The position numbers and the translations under genes are program-made. Shown in pieces: positions 46,501-61,140 of a DNA stretch of 64,000 nt. The first letter of the stretch is position 1. Each line of letters starts with the position of its first letter. This DNA comes from the human T2T-CHM13v2.0 reference genome, Homo sapiens. Where the stretch lies: contig CP068257.2 of NCBI GenBank assembly GCA_009914755.4, forward strand, positions 1,312,001-1,376,000. The letters run 5' to 3'. Under the pieces are notes generated by a model. The model saw only the letters and a program-made list of their open reading frames with translations, did no database searches and was not told the origin of the DNA.

Positions 46501-49500
46501 CAAATATATATTTTATTCTGTATATAAAATATCAAAGTACACCAGATATATATTCTATAGTTTACATAAAATATCAAAGTACCCAAACTATACATTATAT
46601 ACTGTACATAAAATATGAAATTACATCAAATATATATTAGGTACATAAAATATGAAAGTACATCAAATATAGATTATATACTGTACATAAAATACCAAAG
46701 TACCCCAAATATATATTATATACTCTACATGAAATATCAAAGTTCACAAACTATATATTATATACTGTAAATAAAATATCAAAGTACCCAAGGTATATAT
46801 TCTATACTGTACAAAAAATATCAAAGTACCCAAAGCATGTATTATATACTGTATATAAAATATGAAAGTACATCAAATATATATTTTATTCTGCACATAA
46901 AATATCAAAGTACACCAGATATATATTCTATAGTGTACATAAAATAACAAAGTACACAAACTATAAATTATATACTGTACATAAAATATGAAATTACATC
47001 AAATATATATTAGGTACATAAAATATGAAAGTACATCAAATATAGATTATATACTGTACATAAAATATCAATGTACCCCAAATATATATTTTATACTCTA
47101 CATGAAATATCAAAGTTCACAAACCATATATTATATACTGTACATAAAATATCAAAGTACCCAAGGTATATATTCTATACTGTACAAAAAATATCAAAGT
47201 ACTCAAAGCATGTATTATATACTGTACATAAAATATGAAAGTACATCAAATATATATTTTATTCTGTACATAAAATATCAAAGTACTCCAGATATATATT
47301 CTATAGTGTACATAAAATATCAAAGTACCCAAACTATACATTATACACTGTACATAAAATATGAAATTACATCAAATATATATTATATTAGGTACATAAA
47401 ATATGAAAGCACATCAAATATAGATTATATACTGTACATTAAATACCAAAGTACCCCACATATATATTTTATACTGTACATCAAAATCAAAGTTCACAAA
47501 CTATATATTATATACTGTACATAAAATATCAAAGTATCCATGGTATATATTCTATACTGTACAAAAAATATCAAAGTACCCAAAGCATGTATTATATACT
47601 GTACATAAAATATGAAAGTACATCAAATATATATTTTATTCTGTACATAAAATATCAAAGTACACCAGATATATATTCTATAGTGTACATAAAATATCAA
47701 AGTACCCAAACTATACATTATATACTGTACATAAAATATGAAATTACATCAAATATATATTATATTAGGTACATAAAATATGAAAGTACATCAAATATAG
47801 ATTATATACTGTACATAAAATATCAAAGTACCCCAAATATATATTATATACTCTACATGAAATATCAAAGTTCACAAACTATATATTATATACTGTACAT
47901 AAAATATCAAAGTACCCAAGGAATATATTCTATACTGTACAAAAAATATCAAAGTACCCAAAGCATGTATTATATACTGTATATAAAATATGAAAGTACA
48001 TTAAATATATATTTTATTCTGTTTGTAAAATATCAAAGTACACCAGATATATATTCTATAGTGTACATAAAACAACAAAGTACACAAACTATAAATTATA
48101 TACTGTACATAAAATATGAAATTACATCAAATATATACTAGGTACATAAAATATGAAAGTACATCAAATATAGATTATATACTGCACATATAATATCAAT
48201 GTACCCCAAATATATATTTTATACTCTACATGAAATATCAAAGTTCACAAACCATACATTATATACTGTACATAAAATATCAAAGTACCCAAGGTATATA
48301 TTCTACACTGTACAAAAAATATCAAAGTACCCAAAGCATGTATTATATACTGTACATAAAATATGAAAGTACATCAAATATATATTTTATACTGTACATA
48401 AAATATCAAAGTACACCAGATATATATTCTATAGTGTACATAAAATATCAAAGTACCCAAACTATACATTATATACTGTACATAAAATATGAAATTACAT
48501 CAAATATATATTAAGTACATAAAATATGAAAGTACATCAAATATAGATTATATACTGTACATAAAATATCAATGTACCCCAAACATATATTTTATACTCT
48601 ACATGAAATATCAAATTTCACAAACCATATATTATATACTGTACATAAATATCAAAGTACCCAAGGTATATATTCTATACTGTACAAAAAATATCAAAGT
48701 ACCCAAAGCATGTATTATATACTGTACATAAAATATGAAAGTACATCAAATATATATTTTATTCTGTACATAAAATATCAAAGTACACCAGATATATATT
48801 CTATAGTGTACATAAAATATCAAAGTACTCAAACTATACATTATATACTGTACATAAAATATGAAATTACATCAAATATATATTAGGTACATAAAATATG
48901 AAAGTACATCAAATATAGATTATATACTGTACATAAAATATCAAAGTACCCCAAATATATATTATATACTCTACATGAAATATCAAAGTTCACAAACTAT
49001 ATATTATATACTGTACATAAAATATCAAAGTACCCAAGGTATATATTCTATACTGTACAAAAAATATCAAAGTACTCAAAGCATGTATTATATACTGTAC
49101 ATAAAATATGAAAGTACATCAAATATATATTTTATTCTGTACATAAAATATCAAAGTACACCAGATATATATTCTATAGTGTACATAAAATATCAAAGTA
49201 CCCTAACTATACTTTATACACTGTACATAAAATATGAAATTACATCAAATATATATTATATTAGGTACATAAAATATGAAAGCACATCAAATATAGATTA
49301 TATACTGTACATTAAATACCAAAGTACCCCAAATATATATTTTATACTGTACATCAAAATCAAAGTTCACAAACTATATATTATATACTGTACATAAAAT
49401 ATCAAAGTATCCATGGTATATATTCTATACTGTACAAAAAATATCAAAGTACCCAAAGCATGTATTATATACTGTACATAAAATATGAAAGTACATCAAA

Positions 49501-50000
49501 TATATATTTTATTCTGTACATAAAATATCAAAGTACACCAGATATATATTCTATAGTGTACATAAAATATAAAAGTACCCAAACTATACATTATATACTG
49601 TACATAAAATATGAAATTACATCAAATATATATTATATTAGGTACATAAAATATGAAAGTACATCAAATATAGATTATATACTGTACATAAAATATCAAA
49701 GTACCCCAAATATATATTATATACTCTACATGAAATATCAAAGTTCACAAACTATATATTATATACTGTACATAAAATATCAAAGTAACCAAGGTATATA
49801 TTCTATACTGTACAAAAAATATCAAAGTACCCAAAGCATGTATTATATACTGTATATAAAATATGAATGTACATCAAATATATATTTTATTCTGTACATA
49901 AAATATCAAAGTACACCAGATATATATTCTATAGTGTACATAAAATAACAAAGTACAAAAACTATAAATTATATACTGTACATAAAATATGAAATTACAT
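43550..50000. repeat. Segmental duplication copy A, ~6.4 kb; the partner is ~55065-61140. The offset is +11515 bp up to 48489, then +11143 bp.
   Basis: ORF pairs at +11515: 43949 end and 55464 end; 44104 and 55619 (both 210 aa); 44859 and 56374; 45516 and 57031 ends; 45864 and 57379 (both 258 aa); 46988 and 58503; 47587 and 59102; 48230 and 59745; 48489 and 60004. ORF pairs at +11143: 48861 and 60004; 49460 and 60603. Private variants shared include ctgaacactaagtaccaaag (46310/57830), ctgtttgtaaaatatc (48020/59540) and ggtatgtattct..ctgtccaaaaa.t. Confidence 0.8.
48489..48860. repeat. Single-HOR (372-bp) insertion/deletion difference between the two copies of the 11.5-kb duplication. It is present in copy A and absent from copy B.
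   Basis: MKLHQ-type ORF starts at 48489 and 48861 both align to the single start at 60004. The offset changes from 11515 to 11143, a difference of 372 bp. Confidence 0.75.
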
Positions 50001-53000
50001 CAAATATATATTAGGTACATAAAATATGAAAGTACATCAAATATAGATTATATACTGTACATAAAATATCAAAGTACCCAAAGCATGTATTATATACTGT
50101 ACATAAAATATGAAAGTACATCAAATATATATTTTATTCTGTACATAAAATATCAAAGTACACCAGATATATATTCTATAGTGTACATAAAATATCAAAG
50201 TACCCAAACTATACATTATATACTGTACATAATATATGAAATTACATCAAATATATATTATATTAGGTACATAAAATATGAAAGTACATCAAATATAGAT
50301 TATATACTGTACATTAAATACCAAAGAACCCCAAATATATATTATATACTCTACATGATATATCAAAGTTCACAAACCATATAATATATACTGTACATAA
50401 AATATCAAAGTACCCAAGGTATATATTCTATACTGTACAAAAAATATCAAAGTACCCAAAGCATGTATTATATACTGTACATAAAATATGAAAGTACATC
50501 AAATATATATTTTATTCTGTACATAAAATATCAAAGTACACCAGATATATATTCTATAGTGTTCATAAAATATCAAAGTACCCAAACTATACATTATATA
50601 CTGTACATAAAATATGAAATTACATCAAATATATATTATATTAGGTACATAAAATATGAAAGTACATCAAATATAGATTATATACTGTACATTAAATACC
50701 AAAGTACCCCAAATATATATTTTGTACTGTACATGAAATATCAGAGTTCACAAACTATATATTATATACTGTACATATAATATCAAAGTACCCAAGGTAT
50801 ATATTCTATACTGTACAAAAAATATCAAAGTACCCAAAGCATGTATTATATACAGTACATAAAATATGAAAGTACATCAAATATATATTTTATTCTGTAC
50901 ATAAAATATCAAAGTACACCAGATATATATTCTATAGTGTACATAAAATAACAAAGTACACAAACTATAAATTATATACTGTACATAAAATATGAAATTA
51001 CATCAAATATATATTAGGTACATAAAATATGAAAGTACATCAAATATAGATTATATACTGTACATAAAATATCAATTTACCCCAAATATATATTTTATAC
51101 TCTACATGAAATACCAAAGTTCACAAACCATACATTATATACTGTACATAAAATATCAAAGTACCCAAGGTATATATTCTATACTGTACAAAAAATATCA
51201 AAGTACCCAAAGCATGTATTATATACTGTACATAAAATATGAAAGTACATCAAATATATATTTTATTCTGTACATAAAATATCAAAGTACACCAGATATA
51301 TATTCTATAGAGTACATAAAATATCAAAGTACCCAAACTATACATTATATAATGTACATAAAATATGAAATTACATCAAATATATATTATATTAGGTACA
51401 TAAAATATGAAAGTACATCAAATATAGATTATATACTGTACATAAAATATCAAAGTACCCCAAATATATATTATATACTCTACATGAAATATCAAAGTTC
51501 ACAAACTATATATTATATACTGTACATAAAATATCAAAGTACCCAAGGTATATATTCTATAATGTACAAAAAATATCAAAGTACCCAAAGCGTGTATTAT
51601 ATACTGTATATAAAATATGAAATTCCATCAAATATATATTTTATTCTGTACATAAAATATCAAAGTACACCAGATATATATTCTATAGTGTACATAAAAT
51701 ATCAAAGTACCCAAACTATACATTATATACTGTACATAAAATATGAAATTACATCAAATATATATTATATTAGGTACATAAAATATGAAAGTACATCAAA
51801 TATAGATTATATACTGTACATTAAATACCAAAGTACCCCAAATATATATTTTATACTGTACATGAAATATCAAAGTTCACAAACTATATATTATATACTG
51901 TACATAAAATATCAAAGTACCCAAGGTATATATTCTATACTGTACAAAAAATATCAAAGTACCCAAAGCATGTATTATATACTGTACCTAAAATATGAAA
52001 GTACATCAAATATATATTTTATTCTATACATAAAATATCAAAGTACACCAGATATATATTCTATAGTGTACATAAAATATCAAAGTACCCAAACTATACA
52101 TTATATACTGTACATAAAATATGAAATTACATCAAATATATATTATATTAGGTACATAAAATATGAAAGTACATCAAATATAGATTATACACTGTACATA
52201 AAATATCAAAGTACCCCAAATATATATTATATACTCTACATGAAATATCAAAGTTCACAAACTATATATTATATACTGTACATAAAATAAAGTCCCCAAG
52301 GTATATATTCTATACTGTAGAAAAAATATCAAAGTACCCAAAGCATGTATTATATACTGTATATAAAATATGAAAGTACATCAAATATATATTTTATTCT
52401 GTACATAATATATCAAAGTACACCAGATATATATTCTATAGTGTACATAAAATAACAAAGTACAAAAACTATAAATTATATACTGTACATAAAATATGAA
52501 ATTACATCAAATATATATTAGGTACATAAAATATGAAAGTACATCAAATATAGATTATATACTGTACATAAAATTTCAATGTACCCCAAATATATATTTT
52601 ATACTCTACATGAAATATCAAAGTTCACAAACCATATATTATATACTGTACATAAAATATCAAAGTACCCAAGGTATATATTCTATACTATACAAAAAAT
52701 ATCAAAGTACCCAAAGCATGTATTATATACTGTACCTAAAATATGAATGTACATCAAATATATATTTTATTCTGTACATAAAATATCAAAGTACACCAGA
52801 TATATATTCTATAGTGTACACAAAATATCAAAGTACCCAAACTATACATTATATACTGTACATAAAATATGAAATTACATCAAATATATTTTATATTAGG
52901 TACATAAAATATGAAAGTACATCAAATATAGATTATATACTGTACATAAAATATCAAAGTACCCCAAATATATATTATATACTCTACATGAAATATCAAA

Positions 53001-55064
53001 GTTCACAAACTATATATTATATACTGTACATAAAATATAAAAGTACCCAAGGTATATATTCTATACTGTAGAAAAAATATCAAAGTACCCAAAGCATGTA
53101 TTATATACTGTATATAAAATATGAAAGTACATTAAATATATATTTTATTCTGTTTATAAAATATCACAGTACACCAGATATATATTCTATAGTGTACATA
53201 AAATAACAAAGTACACAAACTATAAATTATATACTGTACATAAAATATGAAATTACATCAAATATATATTAGGTACATAAAATATGAAAGTACATCAAAT
53301 ATAGATTATATACTGTACATATAATATCAATGTACCCCAAATATATATTTTATACTCTACATGAAATATCAAAGTTCACAAACCATACATTATATACTGT
53401 ACATAAAATATCAAATTACCCAAGGTATATATTCTATACTGTACAAAAAATATCAAAGTACCCAAAGCATGTATTATATACTGTACATAAAATATGAAAG
53501 TACATCAAATATATATATTATTCTCTACATAAAATATCAAAGTACACCAGATATATATTCTATAGTGTACATAAAATATCAAAGTACCCAAACTATACAT
53601 TATATACTGTACATAAAATATGAAATTACATCAAATATATTTTATATTAGGTACATAAAATATGAAAGTACATCAAATATAGATTATATACTGTACATGA
53701 AATACCAAAGTACCCCAAATATATATTTTATACGGTACATGAAATATCAAAGTTCACAAACTATATATTATATACTGTATATAAAATATCAAAGTATCCA
53801 AGGTATATATTCTATACTGTACAAAAAATATCAAAGTACCCAAAGCATGTATTATATACTGTACATAAAATATGAAAGTACATCAAATATATATTTTATT
53901 CTGTACATAAAATATCAAAGTACACCAGATATATATTCTATAGTGTACATAAAATATCAAAGTACCCAAACTATACATTATATACTGTACATAAAATATG
54001 AAATTACATCAAATTTATATTAGGTACATAAAATATGAAAGTACATCAAATATAGATTATATACTGTACATAAAATATCAAAGTACCCCAAATATATATT
54101 ATATACTCTACATGAAATATCAAAGTTCACAAACCATATATTGTATACTGTACATAAAATATCAAAGTACCCAAGGTATATATTCTATACTGTACAAAAA
54201 ATATCAAAGTACCCAAAGCGTGTATTATATACTGTATATAAAATATGAAAGTACATCAAATATATATTTTATTCTGTACATAAAATATCAAAGTACACCA
54301 GATATATATTCTATAGTGTACGTAAAATATCAAAGTACCCAAACTATACATTATATACTGTACATAAAATATGAAATTACATCAAAAATATTTTATATTA
54401 GGTACATAAAATATGAAAGTACATCAAATATAGATTATATACTGTACATAAAATATCAAAGTACCCCAAATATATATTATATACTCTACATGAAATATCA
54501 AAGTTCACAAACCATATATTGTATACTGTACATAAAATATCAAAGTACCCAAGGTATATATTCTATACTGTACAAAAAATATCAAAGTACCCAAAGCGTG
54601 TATTATATACTGTATATAAAATATGAAAGTACATCAAATATATATTTTATTCTGTACATAATATATCAAAGTACACCAGATATATATTCTATAGTGTACA
54701 TAAAATATCAAAGTACCCAAACTATACATTATATACTGTACATAAAATATGAAATTACATCAAATATATATTATATTAGGTACATAAAATATGAAAGCAC
54801 ATCAAATATAGATTATATACTGTACATTAAATACCAAAGTACCCCAAATATATATTTTATACTGTACATCAAATATCAAAGTTCACAAACTATATATTAT
54901 ATACTGTACATAAAATATCAAAGTACCCATGGTATACATTCTATACTGTACAAAAAATATCAAAGTACCCAAAGCATGTATTATATACTGTACATAAAAT
55001 ATGAAAGTACATCAAATATATATTTTATTCTGTACATAAAATATCAAAGTACACCAGATATATA

Positions 55065-58000
55065 TTCTATAGTGTACATAAAATATAAAAGTACCCAAAC
55101 TATACATTATATACTGTACATAAAATATGTAATTACATCAAAAATATATTATATTAGGTACATAAAATATGAAAGTACATCAAATATAGATTATATACTG
55201 TACATAAAATATCAAAGTACCCCAAATATATATTATATACTCTACATGAAATATCAAAGTTCACAAACTATATATTATATACTGTACATAAAATATCAAA
55301 GTACCCAAGGTATGTATTCTAAACTCTCCAAAAAATATCAAAGTATCCAAAGCATGTATTATATACTGTATATAAAATATGAAAGTACATTAAATATATA
55401 TTTTCTTCTGTACATAAAATATCAAAGTACACCAGATATATATTCTATAGTGTACATAAAATAACAAAGTACACAAACTATAAATTATATACTGTACATA
55501 AAATATGAAATTACATCAAATATATATTAGGTACATAAAATATGAAAGTACATAAAATATAGATTATATACTGTACATATAATATCAATGTACCCCAAAT
55601 ATATATTTTATACTCTACATGAAATATCAAAGTTCACAAACCATACATTATATACTGTACATAAAATATCAAAGTACCCAAGGTATATATTCTATACTGT
55701 ACAAAAAATATCAAAGTACCCAAAGCATGTATTATATACTGTACATAAAATATGAAAGTACATCAGATATATATTTTATTCTGTACATAAAATATCAAAG
55801 TACACCAGATATATATTCTATAGTGTACATAAAATATAAAAGTACCCAAACTATACATTATATACTGTACATAAAATATGAAATTACATCAAATATATAT
55901 TATATTAGGTACATAAAACATGAAAGTACATCAAATATAGATTATATACTGTACATAAAATATCAAAGTACCCCAAATATATATTATATACTCTACATGA
56001 AATATCAAAGTTCACAAACTATATATTATATACTGTACATAAAATATCAAAGTACCCAAGGTATGTATTCTATACTGTCCAAAAATTATCAAAGTATCCA
56101 AAGCATGTATTATATACTGTATATAAAATATGAAAGTACATTAAATATATATTTTATTCTGTACATAAAATATCAAAGTACACCAGATATATATTCTATA
56201 GTGTACATAAAATATAAAATACCCAAACTATACATTATATACTGTACATAAAATATGTAATTACATCAAAAATATATTATATTAGGTACATAAAATATGA
56301 AAGTACATCAAATATAGATTATATACTGTACATAAAATATCAAAGTACCACAAATATATATTATATACTCTACATGAAATATCAAAGTTCACAAACTATA
56401 TATTATATACTGTACATAAAATATCAAAGTACCCAAGGTATGTATTCTATACTGTCCAAAAAATATCAAAGTATCCAAAGCATGTATTATATACTGTATA
56501 TAAAATATGAAAGTACATTAAATATATATTTTATTCTGTACATAAAATTTCAAAGTACACCAGATATATATTCTATAGTGTACATAAAATAACAAAGTAC
56601 ACAAACTATAAATTATATACTGTACATAAAATATGAAATTACATCAAATATATATTAGGTACATAAAATATGAAAGTACATCAAATATAGATTATATACT
56701 GTACATAAAATATCAAAGTACCCCAAATATATATTATATACTCTACATGAAATATCAAAGTTCACAAACCATACATTATATACTGTACATAAAATATCAA
56801 AGTACCCAAGGTATATATTCTATACTGTACAAAAAATATCAAAGTACTCAAAGCATGTATTATATACTGTATATAAAATATGAAAGTACATCAAATATAT
56901 ATTTTATTGTGTACATAAAATATCAAAGTACACCAGATATATATTCTATAGTGTACATAAAATATCAAAGTACCCAAACTATACATTATACACTGTACAT
57001 AAAATATGAAATTACATCAAATATATATTAGGTACATTAAATATGAAAGTACATCAAATATAGATTATATACTGTACATAAAATATCAAAGTACCCCAAA
57101 TATATATTATATACTCTACATGAAATATCAAAGTTCACACACTATATATTATATACTGTAAATAAAATATCAAAGTACCCAAGGTATATATTCTATACTG
57201 TACAAAAAATATCAAAGTACCCAAAGCATGTATTATATACTGTACATAAAATATGAAAGTACATCAAATATATATTTTATTCTGTACATAAAATATCAAA
57301 GTACACCAGATATATATTCTATAGTGTACATAAAATAACAAAGTACACAAACTATAAATTATATACTGTACATAAAATATGAAATTACATCAAATATATA
57401 TTAGGTACATAAAATATGAAAGTGCATCAAATATAGATTATATACTGTACATAAAATATCAATGTACCCCAAATATATATTTTATACTCTACATGAAATA
57501 TCAAAGTTCACAAACCATATATTATATACTGTACATAAAATATCAAAGTACCCAAGGTATATATTCTATACTGTACAAAAAATATCAAAGTACACAAAGC
57601 ATGTATTATATACTGTACATAAAATATGAAAGTACATCAAATATATATTTTATTCTGTACATAAAATATCAAAGTACACCAGATATATATTCTATAGTGT
57701 ACATAAAATATCAAAGTACCCAAACTATACATTATACACTGTACATAAAATATGAAATTACATCAAATATATATTATATTAGGTACATAAAATATGAAAG
57801 CACATCAAATATAGATTATATACTGAACACTAAGTACCAAAGTACCCCAAATATATATTTTATACTGTACATCAAATATCAAAGTTCACAAACTATATAT
57901 TATATACTGTACATAAAATATCAAAGTACCCATGGTATATATTCTATACTGTACAAAAAATATCAAAGTACCCAAAGCATGTATTATATACTGTACATAA

Positions 58001-61000
58001 AATATGAAAGTATATCAAATATATATTTTATTCTGTATATAAAATATCAAAGTACACCAGATATATATTCTATAGTTTACATAAAATATCAAAGTACCCA
58101 AACTATACATTATATACTGTACATAAAATATGAAATTACATCAAATATATATTAGGTACATAAAATATGAAAGTACATCAAATATAGATTATATACTGTA
58201 CATAAAATACCAAAGTACCCCAAATATATATTATATACTCTACATGAAATATCAAAGTTCACAAACTATATATTATATACTGTAAATAAAATATCAAAGT
58301 ACCCAAGGTATATATTCTATACTGTACAAAAAATATCAAAGTACCCAAAGCATGTATTATATACTTTATATAAAATATGAAAGTACATCAAATATATATT
58401 TTATTCTGCACATAAAATATCAAAGTACACCAGATATATATTCTATAGTGTACATAAAATAACAAAGTACACAAACTATAAATTATATACTGTACATAAA
58501 ATATGAAATTACATCAAATATATATTAGGTACATAAAATATGAAAGTACATCAAATATAGATTATATACTGTACATAAAATATCAATGTACCCCAAATAT
58601 ATATTTTATACTCTACATGAAATATCAAAGTTCACAAACCATATATTATATACTGTACATAAAATATCAAAGTATCCATGGTATATATTCTATACTGTAC
58701 AAAAAATATCAAAGTACTCAAAGCATGTATTATATACTGTACATAAAATATGAAAGTACATCAAATATATATTTTATTCTGTACATAAAATATCAAAGTA
58801 CTCCAGATATATATTCTATAGTGTACATAAAATATCAAAGTACCCAAACTATACATTATACACTGTACATAAAATATGAAATTACATCAAATATATATTA
58901 TATTAGGTACATAAAATATGAAAGCACATCAAATATAGATTATATACTGTACATTAAATACCAAAGTACCCCACATATATATTTTATACTGTACATCAAA
59001 ATCAAAGTTCACAAACTATATATTATATACTGTACATAAAATATCAAAGTATCCATGGTATATATTCTATACTGTACAAAAAATATCAAAGTACCCAAAG
59101 CATGTATTATATACTGTACATAAAATATGAAAGTACATCAAATATATATTTTATTCTGTACATAAAATATCAAAGTACACCAGATATATATTCTATAGTG
59201 TACATAAAATATCAAAGTACCCAAACTATACATTATATACTGTACATAAAATATGAAATTACATCAAATATATATTATATTAGGTACATAAAATATGAAA
59301 GTACATCAAATATAGATTATATACTGTACATAAAATATCAAAGTACCCTAAATATATATTATATACTCTACATGAAATATCAAAGTTCACAAACTATATA
59401 TTATATACTGTACATAAAATATCAAAGTACCCAAGGTATATATTCTATACTGTACAAAAAATATCAAAGTACCCAAAGCATGTATTATATACTGTATATA
59501 AAATATGAAAGTACATTAAATATATATTTAATTCTGTTTGTAAAATATCAAAGTACACCAGATATATATTCTATAGTGTACATAAAACAACAAAGTACAC
59601 AAACTATAAATTATATACTGTACATAAAATATGAAATTACATCAAATATATACTAGGTACATAAAATATGAAAGTACATCAAATATAGATTATATACTGT
59701 ACATATAATATCAATGTACCCCAAATATATATTTTATACTCTACATGAAATATCAAAGTTCACAAACCATACATTATATACTGTACATAAAATATCAAAG
59801 TACCCAAGGTATATATTCTACACTGTACAAAAAATATCAAAGTACCCAAAGCATGTATTATATACTGTACATAAAATATGAAAGTACATCAAATATATAT
59901 TTTATTCTGTACATAAAATATCAAAGTACACCAGATATATATTCTATAGTGTACATAAAATATCAAAGTACTCAAACTATACATTATATACTGTACATAA
60001 AATATGAAATTACATCAAATATATATTAGGTACATAAAATATGAAAGTACATCAAATATAGATTATATACTGTACATAAAATATCAAAGTACCCCAAATA
60101 TATATTATATACTCTACATGAAATATCAAAGTTCACAAACTATATATTATATACTGTACATAAAATATCAAAGTACCCAAGGTATATATTCTATACTGTA
60201 CAAAAAATATCAAAGTACTCAAAGCATGTATTATATACTGTACATAAAATATGAAAGTACATCAAATATATATTTTATTCTGTACATAAAATATCAAAGT
60301 ACACCAGATATATATTCTATAGTGTACATAAAATATCAAAGTACCCAAACTATACTTTATACACTGTACATAAAATATGAAATTACATCAAATATATATT
60401 ATATTAGGTACATAAAATATGAAAGCACATCAAATATAGATTATATACTGTACATTAAATACCAAAGTACCCCAAATATATATTTTATACTGTACATCAA
60501 AATCAAAGTTCACAAACTATATATTATATACTATACATAAAATATCAAAGTATCCATGGTATATATTCTATACTGTACAAAAAATATCAAAGTACCCAAA
60601 GCATGTATTATATACTGTACATAAAATATGAAAGTACATCAAATATATATTTTATTCTGTACATAAAATATCAAAGTACACCAGATATATATTCTATAGT
60701 GTACATAAAATATAAAAGTACCCAAACTATACATTATATACTGTACATAAAATATGAAATTACATCAAATATATATTATATTAGGTACATAAAATATGAA
60801 AGTACATCAAATATAGATTATATACTGTACATAAAATATCAAAGTACCCCAAATATATATTATATACTCTACATGAAATATCAAAGTTCACAAACTATAT
60901 ATTATATACTGTACATAAAATATCAAAGTAACCAAGGTATATATTCTATACTGTACAAAAAATATCAAAGTATCCAAAGCATGTATTATATACTGTTTAT

Positions 61001-61140
61001 AAAATATGAAAGTACATTAAATATATATTTTATTCTGTACATAAAATATCAAAGTACACCAGATATATATTCTATAGTGTACATAAAATAACAAAGTACA
61101 CAAACTATAAATTATATACTGTACATAAAATATGAAATTA
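55065..61140. repeat. Segmental duplication copy B of ~43550-50000. It is missing exactly one HOR relative to copy A.
   Basis: See the partner entry. The two copies diverge at ~50.0 kb/61.1 kb, where 49989..50384 carries a 4-monomer deletion absent from 61132..61530. Confidence 0.8.
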
